Origin: Candidatus Yanofskybacteria bacterium RIFCSPHIGHO2_01_FULL_41_26
GTDB lineage: Bacteria; Patescibacteriota; Minisyncoccia; 2-02-FULL-40-12; GWA2-44-9
DNA length: 64,000 nucleotides
NCBI GenBank assembly: GCA_001794055.1
Contig: MGJB01000015.1
Coordinates: 4,264-68,263, forward strand
Direction of reading: 5' to 3'
The notes beneath the pieces are model-generated. The model was not told where the DNA came from and searched no databases. It was given only the letters and a program-made list of their open reading frames with translations. The position numbers were made by a program, and so were the translations under genes. Below are positions 9,549-18,161 of this stretch, one piece after another (position 1 is the stretch's first letter; each line of letters opens with the position of its first letter).

Positions 9549-9782
9549 TTACAAATTTTTGGTTAATTCTTCAATCTTTTTAAGTCTGTTAACCATATGA
9601 GCTTTTATCTCTCTTACCTCCTCGGAATCCACATCTTTTCCCTCTTTAAGTGTTGCAATTAATAAATCGCTATCTTTCCCAAAACTGGCCACTTCCTGAT
9701 CTATAATCCCCCTGCTTGTTTCACAATTTCTGATTTGCTCTTGTTTATCTGATATTAAATCTTTTTTCTTTTCTCTGTTCAT
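9549..9782 (-). CDS. Hypothetical small charged protein (77 aa)
   Basis: ORF only; 13-nt tandem duplication of start region (atgaacagagaac x2) just upstream. Confidence 0.4.
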   Translation of the reverse strand: MNREKKKDLISDKQEQIRNCETSRGIIDQEVASFGKDSDLLIATLKEGKDVDSEEVREIKAHMVNRLKKIEELTKNL

Positions 9783-9796
9783 GTTCTCTGTTCATA

Positions 9797-9896
9797 TTAC
9801 CACCGTTTTTAACGGGGCCCCGCCAAAGGCGGTGGCTACCTTATTCTCTCGTCCTAGTGAGTTCTATCGAACTAAGGCGAGAAGTAAGGGGGTAAG
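9797..9896. repeat. Family-B structured element, copy B (two hairpins + full long hairpin)
   Basis: accaccgtttttaacggggccccgccaaaggcggtggctaccttattctctcgtcctagtgagttctatcgaactaaggcgagaagtaagggggtaag; hairpin 1 covaries vs copy A (ccgc/gcgg -> ccgt/acgg). Confidence 0.75.
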
Positions 9897-10190
9897 TTAT
9901 TTTTCTGTCTGTGTAAGTTTGGCTACCTCTCTAAGAGATTCGTTTGCAGAATATACCTGATCATTATCTATTATTTTAGCAACTTCTTTTAAGATGACAC
10001 CACTAAACTTTATAGCTCCCACATCCTCTTTTTTTATTCCCGATACTGCCTGGGATAGTTCCTTTAATTCCTTAACCCTTGCCTCAAGTTTGGCTATTGA
10101 TTCGGCTATTGCCTCGTTACCCTCTTTAAACTCTCTGGCATCTTTTTGTTCAACCGATTCTTGTACTATTGTTGGATTTTCTATACTCAT
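9897..10190 (-). CDS. Hypothetical small protein starting MSIENPT (97 aa), paralog of 10572..10826
   Basis: Shares N-terminal 7 aa, upstream leader and downstream hairpin with 10572..10826; middle diverged. Confidence 0.45.
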   Translation of the reverse strand: MSIENPTIVQESVEQKDAREFKEGNEAIAESIAKLEARVKELKELSQAVSGIKKEDVGAIKFSGVILKEVAKIIDNDQVYSANESLREVAKLTQTEK

Positions 10191-10202
10191 GTTTTTATAT
10201 AA

Positions 10203-10262
10203 TTTACATTTTTAACTCTATATCGACCCCTGATGGCAGATTCAAGTTCATAAGAGCATCAA
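10203..10262 (-). pseudogene. Duplicated fragment encoding the last 20 codons of S10 ([20 protein letters not shown])
   Basis: Translation identical to rpsJ C-terminus at 10847-10909 with 9 nucleotide differences, all synonymous. Confidence 0.8.
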
Positions 10263-10472
10263 TTATTTTGACGCTATATTTAACGCGTCCCAAACTTTCT
10301 TCATTTGGACTTTAAGCTGGTCAACTTCCGCGCGAACATCAAGCTTTTTCTCAACTTCGTCAAATCGTCTGGAAACCATGCCTGCTAAATTAGCAACCTC
10401 ATCTTTAAGGTCTTCTTTAGTGGCCAATTTGCCTAATTGTTTGTCAAAATATTCTTTGGTAAGGTCTGACAT
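10263..10472 (-). CDS. Hypothetical small coiled-coil protein (69 aa)
   Basis: ORF only; heptad-like K/E/L pattern; stop overlaps start of duplicated S10 tail. Confidence 0.4.
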   Translation of the reverse strand: MSDLTKEYFDKQLGKLATKEDLKDEVANLAGMVSRRFDEVEKKLDVRAEVDQLKVQMKKVWDALNIASK

Positions 10473-10512
10473 GGTGGTTAAATATTATCTTGTTTAAACT
10501 GTTTTGTCTATC

Positions 10513-10570
10513 ACCTTATTCTCTCGTCCTAGTGAGTTCTATCGAACTAAGGCGAGAAGTAAGGGGGTAA
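10513..10570. repeat. Family-B long hairpin only, copy C
   Basis: accttattctctcgtcctagtgagttctatcgaactaaggcgagaagtaagggggtaa identical to part of copy B. Confidence 0.75.
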
Positions 10571-10571
10571 T

Positions 10572-10826
10572 TTATTTTTCAACAACTTCACCCAATAAAT
10601 TCGATGACTCTTCTATTAAATTTGCTGCTTGGCTCATACTATCGTTAATGCGCCCCAACTTAACAAGATCCTGTTCTGATAAATTTTCAAAATCACCCTT
10701 ATCAAAGATTTCTTTTAGGCGACTTAAGCAGGCCCTATTGCGATCAATTCTCAAAACCATGTCTCCTCTAAGCCTTTCACTCAAGTTAGTTTCTACTATT
10801 TTTTGTGTTGGATTTTCTATGCTCAT
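10572..10826 (-). CDS. Hypothetical small protein starting MSIENPT (84 aa)
   Basis: See 9897..10190; leader upstream overlaps true rpsJ 3' end. Confidence 0.45.
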   Translation of the reverse strand: MSIENPTQKIVETNLSERLRGDMVLRIDRNRACLSRLKEIFDKGDFENLSEQDLVKLGRINDSMSQAANLIEESSNLLGEVVEK

Positions 10827-10846
10827 ATTTTTATTTTCTATTAAAT

Positions 10847-11173
10847 TTACATTTTTAATTCTATATCCACACCTGATGGTAAATTTAGATTCATCAATGC
10901 GTCTATAATCTTCGGTGTCGGTGAATCTATATCTATGATTCTCTTGTGGGTACGCATTTCAAACTGCTCTCTAGAATTCTTGTCAATGAATGCCGACCGA
11001 TTTACTGTATACTTGGCAATCTCTGTCGGCAATGGCACAGGTCCAATCGGATGTCCGCCATATCTTTCAATGGTTTCAACAATCTGGGCAGCGGACTTGT
11101 CTATGATCTTATTGTCATAAGCCCGGAGCTTAATCCGTATTCTCTGTTTTATTTCTGTCGTTTTTTTAGCCAT
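10847..11173 (-). CDS. rpsJ: 30S ribosomal protein S10
   Basis: S10 core ([22 protein letters not shown]...); start placed at [14 protein letters not shown] rather than upstream MFFSSK. Confidence 0.93.
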   Translation of the reverse strand: MAKKTTEIKQRIRIKLRAYDNKIIDKSAAQIVETIERYGGHPIGPVPLPTEIAKYTVNRSAFIDKNSREQFEMRTHKRIIDIDSPTPKIIDALMNLNLPSGVDIELKM

Positions 11174-11194
11174 TTTACTTGAAAAGAACATTTT

Positions 11195-11221
11195 GAAGCC
11201 CCGACTACCTGTCGGGGCTTC
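11195..11221. other. Perfect 11-bp stem hairpin in tuf-rpsJ spacer
   Basis: gaagccccgac-tacct-gtcggggcttc read directly. Confidence 0.7.
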
Positions 11222-11224
11222 AGT

Positions 11225-12427
11225 TTATTTATTAATTTTGGTCACGGCTCCGGCGCCAACAGTCTTACCACCTTCTCTGATGGCAAATCTCTGCTTTTCT
11301 TCCATGGCGATAGGGGCAATCAATTGAACTTTCAAATTTGCAGTATCTCCCGGCATGACCATTTCAGTTCCTTCCGGCAATAAGACTTCTCCGGTAACAT
11401 CGGTGGTTCGGAAATAGAATTGAGGTTTGTAACCCTTGAAGAATGGGGTATGTCTGCCACCTTCTTCTTTTGTTAAAACATATATTTCTGCCTCAAAATC
11501 GGTATGCGGGGTAATCGTACCCGGCTTGGCAAGCACTTGGCCTCTTTCTATGTCTTCTTTCTTGGTACCTCTCAAAAGTATTCCGGCATTGTCTCCGGCC
11601 AAACCTTCGTCTAATTGCTTATTAAACATTTCGATACCGGTGACAACAGTCTTCGCTGTCGGTTTAATTCCAACTATTTCAATTTCTTCGTTTAATTTAA
11701 CTTTCCCTCTTTCAATTCTTCCGGTTACAACAGTGCCTCTTCCTTCAATTGAAAAGATGTCTTCAATAGGCATAAGGAAGGGTTTATCGGTATCTCGGAC
11801 CGGATCCGGAAAGAAAGTATCCATTGCATTCATCAATTCCTTGATCGGCTTGGCATATTGATCATCTTTTGATTTAGATTCAAGGGCTTTCAATCCAGAA
11901 CCTCTGATAATCGGGGTTTTATCTCCGGGGAACTGATATTTATTCAAGAGCTCTCTGATTTCGGCTTCAACCAAATCAACCATTTCCGGATCATCAACCA
12001 TATCCACCTTGTTGAGGAATACGATTATATTAGGAACGCCAACCTGTCTGGCAAGCAAAATGTGCTCTCTTGTTTGAGGCATCGGGCCATCAGTGGCAGC
12101 GACAACCAATACAGCTCCATCCATCTGGGCAGCACCCGTGATCATATTTTTAATGTAATCAGCGTGGCCAGGAGCATCAACATGAGCGTAGTGGCGCTTG
12201 GGTGTCTCGTACTCGGAGTGGTGTAAGGCAATTGTAATACCTCTGGCTTTTTCTTCAGGAGCATTATCAATCTGATCTACTCCTTCCTCTCGGGCAGAAT
12301 AACCCTCGTCCTTCATTAAATTTAATACATGCAAAATACCCGCCGTTAGCGTAGTTTTACCGTGGTCAACGTGACCGATTGTGCCGACATTCAAGTGCAG
12401 CTTGTTTCTTTCAAATTTGCCTGCCAT
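11225..12427 (-). CDS. tuf: Elongation factor Tu
   Basis: 400 aa; [22 protein letters not shown] GTPase motifs. Confidence 0.98.
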   Translation of the reverse strand: MAGKFERNKLHLNVGTIGHVDHGKTTLTAGILHVLNLMKDEGYSAREEGVDQIDNAPEEKARGITIALHHSEYETPKRHYAHVDAPGHADYIKNMITGAAQMDGAVLVVAATDGPMPQTREHILLARQVGVPNIIVFLNKVDMVDDPEMVDLVEAEIRELLNKYQFPGDKTPIIRGSGLKALESKSKDDQYAKPIKELMNAMDTFFPDPVRDTDKPFLMPIEDIFSIEGRGTVVTGRIERGKVKLNEEIEIVGIKPTAKTVVTGIEMFNKQLDEGLAGDNAGILLRGTKKEDIERGQVLAKPGTITPHTDFEAEIYVLTKEEGGRHTPFFKGYKPQFYFRTTDVTGEVLLPEGTEMVMPGDTANLKVQLIAPIAMEEKQRFAIREGGKTVGAGAVTKINK

Positions 12428-12504
12428 CTTTTTATGATAACTTCGGAATCCAGAAGCTATCTATTATTAAACACGTAATATCTATTTTAGCGGAATACCA
12501 TAGA

Positions 12505-12819
12505 TTAGTCAACTGTTATCATCTTCTCTTCCTTTTCTATCTCGCTCTTTAGGGCCAAAATGTCTTTGTTTATCCTTTCCAGTATCTCAAGTTCGTTTTC
12601 AGGAAGAGCTGGTTTTGCGGGCATGGACCGGTCTTCGGAGTGACTTATTCCGTTGGTAACGGCATGATTTATCTTTATTTCCTTCTCTTTACCCCCCAAA
12701 ATTAAATCCTTATACATCTCATAACTTAGGATAGCAAAAGATGGCTCGCCATTATCCAACACCAAAACCGCCGTAGAGTGCTTCACCAGTTTTTTGAGTT
12801 CATCTACATTCATTGACAA
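12505..12819 (-). CDS. Phd/YefM-like antitoxin-domain protein with C-terminal extension (orphan)
   Basis: N-terminal AVLVLDNGEPSFAILSYEMYKDL matches Phd/YefM fold pattern; no adjacent toxin ORF. Confidence 0.5.
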   Translation of the reverse strand: MSMNVDELKKLVKHSTAVLVLDNGEPSFAILSYEMYKDLILGGKEKEIKINHAVTNGISHSEDRSMPAKPALPENELEILERINKDILALKSEIEKEEKMITVD

Positions 12820-12996
12820 ATTATTTGTTATATGTAATAATTGCTATATCCCGATAATGAGCACTGGGAGTAGGGTTTGGGGGAAGCCCCGACCGCCTTT
12901 GATAACCAGCCCATCCTTATTGGGATTTTTTGTTTCTACAACGATACAAATCTATATTATAGTATTAAAATATCAAAAAAAATGCAAACAAACGCT

Positions 12997-13131
12997 CCCC
13001 AGCCACATACCCCCGACTCGACCGATAGTCCTCGGCTTCCTGCGAGCCTCGGCTGTCTTCATGCTCAGCCCCTCACCAAGCACCAAGCTTCGGGGCCTGC
13101 GCAAGTTCTCCCTGGGAGTATGTGGCTGGGG
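12997..13131. repeat. GC-rich structured element closed by perfect 14-bp inverted repeat
   Basis: ccccagccacatac (12997-13010) pairs with gtatgtggctgggg (13118-13131); interior contains gcccc...ggggc hairpin and cgaagccgag-like motif in reverse. Confidence 0.6.
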
Positions 13132-13207
13132 GCTCAATTATTTTTCAAAAGAAACAAAAAAAGCGCCTTGGATGTCTTACGACAATCCTCGGCGCTGACT
13201 CAATTAA

Positions 13208-13906
13208 TTAGTCTTGGCCACGACTGACCTTTTTCCTCAAATCTCGATTTTGCTCAAAACGTTTTTCCCAAGTTTCAAAAAATGTCCATTTCGAAGAAGC
13301 TGAAACATTTGCCTCATTAATAATCGTCTCTAGATCATGTCTAAGTTCCAGTGCTACAGCCCCTCGATAACGCTGCCTATCGGAAATAATTTGTTTATAA
13401 AGGGCACAAATAGCTGCAGAAAGTTCTTGGATCTTTGCCTTATCATCCAAACGTTCTCTCCCCAATTCATCAATCCGGTCAAGCATCGCCTGAAGCGACG
13501 GATAGGTATTAATAAACTGAAGAGCTACTTCTACTTTTAGACCTTGAAGAACTTGTTCCAGGCAAACCCAGTCACCAGTCTGCTCACGACGCCAACTTCC
13601 GGCTATTCTCCAAAAGTCGGCTGCCGGACCATAGATCGCGCTTCGCCGACGAAATGGACCACGGTTAATCTCAATCACCGAACCATCGACACAAGACCAA
13701 TCAATCGCCCTTAACCTATTTGGACAAGAATAAACTTGTAAACCATAGCATGGATGATGTTGCCTATAATATATTTTCCGAAAACCCTTGAGCCAGCGGA
13801 AAAACTTTCTCCATTCATCCTTAAACAACAAGACAAGAACAGAGACTAACGCAAGCACACTTAAAACAACGAGTGCCCAAAATGACACGAAAAGAAAGCT
13901 ACTCAT
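13208..13906 (-). CDS. Hypothetical membrane-anchored protein (232 aa)
   Basis: N-terminal TM helix; no recognised domain; GC-richer than surroundings. Confidence 0.5.
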   Translation of the reverse strand: MSSFLFVSFWALVVLSVLALVSVLVLLFKDEWRKFFRWLKGFRKIYYRQHHPCYGLQVYSCPNRLRAIDWSCVDGSVIEINRGPFRRRSAIYGPAADFWRIAGSWRREQTGDWVCLEQVLQGLKVEVALQFINTYPSLQAMLDRIDELGRERLDDKAKIQELSAAICALYKQIISDRQRYRGAVALELRHDLETIINEANVSASSKWTFFETWEKRFEQNRDLRKKVSRGQD

Positions 13907-14086
13907 CTAACACCTCCAGCTCTGGGCCTGTTTCATCCCAGTGGTGGTTGTGGCTGCGAACGGCCATTCCGCCCGGAATTGGGCGAGACTTTCCATCCGG
14001 AGCAGTTAACGAACGGACTAAATCATACTACATTAAAACAAAAAAATCAAGATTTAACTCAAGAGCGAGGGCTTTGTGCAATTAGA

Positions 14087-14175
14087 GACCATCTGCAGGC
14101 GAACGAGCATGGTGTCTCGCAAAGCGAGACGAGTGAACCGAAGCCGAGAAAAATCGCCCGCTGGGGCGATTTTTC
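14087..14175 (+). repeat. Family-A GC-rich two-hairpin repeat (copy 2); second hairpin is a bidirectional terminator downstream of fusA
   Basis: gaccatctgcaggcgaacgagcatgg-[gtctcgc/gcgagac]-gagtgaaccgaagccgag-[aatcgccc gctg gggcgatt]+ttttt. Confidence 0.75.
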
Positions 14176-14204
14176 GTGTCGAGAATTGCATAAAGCCCGA
14201 GCGA

Positions 14205-16322
14205 TTATTTTTTGCCTTCTTTGATTAACTCCGCAATATTATTCGGCACCGGTTCGTAGTGATCAAACTCCATGTTGAATGTACCGCGGCCTTCAGTCAG
14301 AGACCTCACTGAAGTAGCATAACCAAACATTTCCGAGAGAGGAACCCTTGAGTCAATGACTTTTAAATTCATCGGGCTTCGGTCGTTGATACTTATGATT
14401 TGCCCTCTTCGAGATGAAATGTCTCCTGTGGCTTCACCCATAAAATTATCAGGAACAATAATTTCAACTTTCATAATTGGTTCCAATAAGACCGGCTTTG
14501 CTCGTTTGATGGCTTCTTGAAGTGCCATAGCTCCGGCAATTTTGAAAGCAATTTCAGACGAGTCAACGTCATGATAAGAGCCGTCATATAGGGTAACCTG
14601 TAAATCCACGATCGGAAATCCGGCGAGAACTCCTTTATCCAAAGCTTCTTTTACGCCCTTTTCAACTGGAGTAATAAACTCTTCAGGAATTGCTCCGCCC
14701 TTGATGGCATCAATAAATTCAAACCCCGCTCCCCGCTCTTTGGGCTCAACGCGCAGCCAAACATGGCCGTATTGTCCCCGACCTCCGGATTGTTTAATGT
14801 ATTTGCCTTCGGCTTGAGCTTTGTCGGAAATAGTTTCTTTGTAAGCAACCTGTGGACGACCAACATTTACGTTCACGCCAAACTCTCTCTTCATACGGTC
14901 AACGATAATTTCCAAATGCAATTCTCCCATTCCGGAAATAATTGTTTCTGCGGTCTCTTCATCGCTTTTTATTCTGAAAGTCGGATCCTCATCCGAAAGC
15001 TTTCTTAAGGCAATGCTCATCTTTTCCTGGTCGGCTTTGGTCTTCGGTTCTATTCGCAAAGAAATAACCGGTTCTGGAATTTCAATTCCTTCAAGTAAAA
15101 CTGGTTTTGCCGGATCGCAAAGAGTATCACCTGTTTTGGTGTCTTTTAATCCGACGGTAGCGGCAATATTTCCCGCATAAACTTCTTTTATCTCTTTCCG
15201 CTCGTTTGCATGCAAAAGCACAATACGGCTGATTCTTTCTTGTTGACCGCTTCTTGTATTTAAAACGTAGGAGCCGGAGGTAAGTTTTCCGGAGTAAACC
15301 CGAAAAAAAGTTAAAGCTCCGACAAACGGATCAGTTGCAGTTTTAAAAGCTAATGCAGTAAATATGGCATTATCATCCGGCTCCACTAGTATTGCTTCTC
15401 CAGTTTTTTTATCAGTCACCTTTGTCGGAGGCACATCTAATGGCGACGGCAGATAATATGCAACAGCATCCAAAACAAGTTGCACGCCTTTGTTTTTTAA
15501 AGCCGAACCACAGAACACGGGAAATATTTTATTGGCGATAGTTGCTTTTCTAAGTATCTTGCGAAGTTGATCAAGACCTATTTCTTTACCTTCCAAATAT
15601 TCAGACATTGTCGCATCATCATGTTCAACTATTTTTTCTATAGTTATGGCTCTTTCTTTTTTTGCTTCTTCAAGAAGGTAATCCGGAATCTGACCCTTTA
15701 TAACCTTCTCCCCCTTTTCACCTTCAAAGGTGTAATAATCTAAAGTTAAAAGGTCAATAATACCCTTAAACTGATCTTCGTGGCCATCAGGTATTTGAAG
15801 TTTTACAGCATACGGAGACAATCTTCCCAAAATTGACTGGAAGGAACGATCAAACGAAGCTCCCAATCGGTCAAGTTTATTAATAAAACAAACCCTTGGA
15901 ACTTTGTAGTCGTCAGCATATCTCCAGTTTGTTTCGGATTGAGGTTCCACTCCGGCAACTCCGTCAAAAACAACAACCGCCCCATCCAAAACACGCAAAG
16001 AACGCTTTACTTCAATAGTAAAGTCAATATGTCCCGGCGTATCAATAATATTTAATTTTACTTTTTCAGCTCCGCCAGCTGACGGATTATCTTTTGCATC
16101 GGTAGGAGTCCAGTATGCAGTAGTTGCGGCAGCGGTAATAGTAATGCCTCTTTCTCTTTCCTGTTCCATCCAATCCATTACAGTATCACCTTCATGAACT
16201 TCTCCTATTTTATGAGAGATTCCTGTGTAAAACAAAATACGCTCTGATGTGGTCGTCTTGCCAGCATCAATGTGAGCGATGACTCCTATATTTCGAATTT
16301 TATTAATTGGATAATCAGCCAT
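14205..16322 (-). CDS. fusA: Elongation factor G
   Basis: 705 aa; AHIDAGKTT, DTPGHIDF, full EF-G domain set. Confidence 0.98.
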   Translation of the reverse strand: MADYPINKIRNIGVIAHIDAGKTTTSERILFYTGISHKIGEVHEGDTVMDWMEQERERGITITAAATTAYWTPTDAKDNPSAGGAEKVKLNIIDTPGHIDFTIEVKRSLRVLDGAVVVFDGVAGVEPQSETNWRYADDYKVPRVCFINKLDRLGASFDRSFQSILGRLSPYAVKLQIPDGHEDQFKGIIDLLTLDYYTFEGEKGEKVIKGQIPDYLLEEAKKERAITIEKIVEHDDATMSEYLEGKEIGLDQLRKILRKATIANKIFPVFCGSALKNKGVQLVLDAVAYYLPSPLDVPPTKVTDKKTGEAILVEPDDNAIFTALAFKTATDPFVGALTFFRVYSGKLTSGSYVLNTRSGQQERISRIVLLHANERKEIKEVYAGNIAATVGLKDTKTGDTLCDPAKPVLLEGIEIPEPVISLRIEPKTKADQEKMSIALRKLSDEDPTFRIKSDEETAETIISGMGELHLEIIVDRMKREFGVNVNVGRPQVAYKETISDKAQAEGKYIKQSGGRGQYGHVWLRVEPKERGAGFEFIDAIKGGAIPEEFITPVEKGVKEALDKGVLAGFPIVDLQVTLYDGSYHDVDSSEIAFKIAGAMALQEAIKRAKPVLLEPIMKVEIIVPDNFMGEATGDISSRRGQIISINDRSPMNLKVIDSRVPLSEMFGYATSVRSLTEGRGTFNMEFDHYEPVPNNIAELIKEGKK

Positions 16323-16498
16323 TTTTTATAACTTGCTGGTCGCCCTGCTAGGCCTTCGGCCCTTAAGCAGTAAGCTCTTGTCTATCTACTTAGTTAAAAT
16401 CTCCACTTCTCCTTCATCATGTTTATATATGTTTCAGTCGAATGCTCAATTTTGCCTCGTATTTATCCAAGCCAGCTACGTTCTAAACTTTATTAACA

Positions 16499-16762
16499 CT
16501 ATGCGTGATTTTTCACTTTTTTCAGCCAAATTTTCTTAAAAAACGGCATGGTCAGTGTCGATAACATAAATGCTACGGCAGGCACTACCGCATTAAACCA
16601 TGGTCGCGAAATATCCATCACCCACAGATAAACACTGATTGCTAAATAGGTAAATAGTGTCAATAAAACCCGTCTCATCAAGCTTGTTTCCCAAGCCTTA
16701 TCAACTTCTACTTTCATGTTCCTGCTTTCTATTTTTTGTATCCTTTCTTCTAAATTATACAT
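16499..16762 (-). CDS. Small 2-TM membrane protein (87 aa)
   Basis: Two hydrophobic helices after amphipathic N-term; inserted between rpsG and fusA. Confidence 0.45.
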   Translation of the reverse strand: MYNLEERIQKIESRNMKVEVDKAWETSLMRRVLLTLFTYLAISVYLWVMDISRPWFNAVVPAVAFMLSTLTMPFFKKIWLKKVKNHA

Positions 16763-16771
16763 TTTTAAAAA

Positions 16772-16930
16772 CTTATGCGTTGGCCAAGTTCAAGGCAAAA
16801 GATGAGTATCGGGCGAGCCATAGTGTGAACTATGGTGAGAACGAAACGGAATCTTTTAACGCAGAAATTGGTCAACCGATAGGCGAGCCGCAAGCCCTTA
16901 ATACATTGGGCTTGGCTCGCGCATAAGTTT
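16772..16930. repeat. ~160-nt GC-rich element flanked by imperfect 17-bp inverted repeats
   Basis: cttatgcgttggccaag ... cttggctcgcgcataag; internal ccatagt/actatgg hairpin and ggcgagcc motifs. Confidence 0.55.
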
Positions 16931-16933
16931 TTT

Positions 16934-17401
16934 CTACCAGGCGAAGTGAGCAAAAGCCTTGTTGGCCTCAGCCATTCGATGTGTATCAGCCTTTTTCTTG
17001 ACTGCACCTCCAGTATTGTTAAACGCATTCATTAATTCTTCGGCAAGTTTCTCTTCTGTCGCTTTTCCTTTTTGACCACGAACAGACGCAACAATCCATC
17101 TGATAGCTAAGGTCGTTTTTCTTTCCGGTCTAACTTCAATAGGTACCTGATAATTAGCTCCCCCGATTCGGCGGGATTTTAACTCCATTTGAGGTCCGGC
17201 GTTGGCAATGGCTTGATCTAAAACTTCCATAGCCGGCTTATTTAATTTCTTTTCAGCTCTTTCAAGGGCTCCATACACGATCTTCATGGCAATCGTCTTT
17301 TTGCCGGAATACATTATCTTATTTATAAATTTAGAAACTAAAAGACTGGAATATTTCAAATCCGGTTCTACGTGTGTTTTATGTTTTATCGGTCTTCGCA
17401 T
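16934..17401 (-). CDS. rpsG: 30S ribosomal protein S7
   Basis: 155 aa; S7 sequence (MRRPIKHKTHVEPDLKYSS...). Confidence 0.95.
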   Translation of the reverse strand: MRRPIKHKTHVEPDLKYSSLLVSKFINKIMYSGKKTIAMKIVYGALERAEKKLNKPAMEVLDQAIANAGPQMELKSRRIGGANYQVPIEVRPERKTTLAIRWIVASVRGQKGKATEEKLAEELMNAFNNTGGAVKKKADTHRMAEANKAFAHFAW

Positions 17402-17407
17402 GTTATA

Positions 17408-17818
17408 TTATTTTGCTTTTTTGGCTCCATATTTTGACCTTTGCTGCTTCCTACCCTCTACACCACTCGAATCTAGCATGCCCCTTACTATATGATACCG
17501 CACGCCCGGTAAATCTTTAACTCTTCCACCCCTTAATACAACGACCGAGTGTTCCTGAAGATTGTGGCCGATGCCCGGAATATAAGCGGTAACTTCCATC
17601 CCATTGGTCAATCTGACCCTGGCGATTTTTCTCAAGGCAGAATTCGGCTTCTTTGGTGTAGTTGTCCTTACCGATAAACAAACTCCCCTCTTAAACGGCG
17701 CAGGGTAATAAACCGGTCTGTTCTTCAAAGAGTTAAATCCGTAAATCAAAGCCGGCGACTTTGTCTTCGCTCTGGCTATTTTTCTTGGTTTTTTCAAAAG
17801 TTGTCTGAATGTCGGCAT
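17408..17818 (-). CDS. rpsL: 30S ribosomal protein S12
   Basis: 136 aa; [10 protein letters not shown]..., PNSALRK motif. Confidence 0.96.
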   Translation of the reverse strand: MPTFRQLLKKPRKIARAKTKSPALIYGFNSLKNRPVYYPAPFKRGVCLSVRTTTPKKPNSALRKIARVRLTNGMEVTAYIPGIGHNLQEHSVVVLRGGRVKDLPGVRYHIVRGMLDSSGVEGRKQQRSKYGAKKAK

Positions 17819-18161
17819 GCAATAAAATAAGACCCTTAGGTCTTATGAAGTGTATCAGGATATCAGGCCAGCTGTCAATTATCTAAACGCAGAAGGTCTT
17901 CTCTCGCTTTTTCTGCAAGACGGGCCAATCCGCCATGAAAAGAGAGATCATATGGAGAAGGCCCACCAGAAGACCTTGATGAGTTGGTTCTCTTGGGCCG
18001 AGAACGATTCGCGCGTTCTCTTTGGCGCTTTTGCGTCAAACCGACAGAAGCATTCAAATCGTACGGACTAGGACTATTCACGTTTCACCTCAGTTTATCA
18101 ACTATTTGTACCGTGGGTAGATTAACACAATAAATTATTTCTTGTAAACCGAATCACTAAT

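Noticed and set aside
9770-9795. 13-nt tandem duplication atgaacagagaac x2 creating an out-of-frame upstream ATG before ORF 9549..9782
   Set aside because: The upstream ATG opens only a 17-codon frame. It is probably a trivial slippage duplication without separate function.
12794-13227. ORFs 12794..13198 and 12877..13227 on plus strand
   Set aside because: They overlap the GC-rich inverted-repeat element. Their translations are proline-rich with no domain signature. They are more likely non-coding structured DNA/RNA.
17850-18081. ORFs 17850..18071(+) and 17875..18081(-) upstream of rpsL
   Set aside because: Two mutually overlapping ORFs in the rpsL leader. The region contains an 11-bp inverted repeat typical of a structured leader, not a coding sequence.
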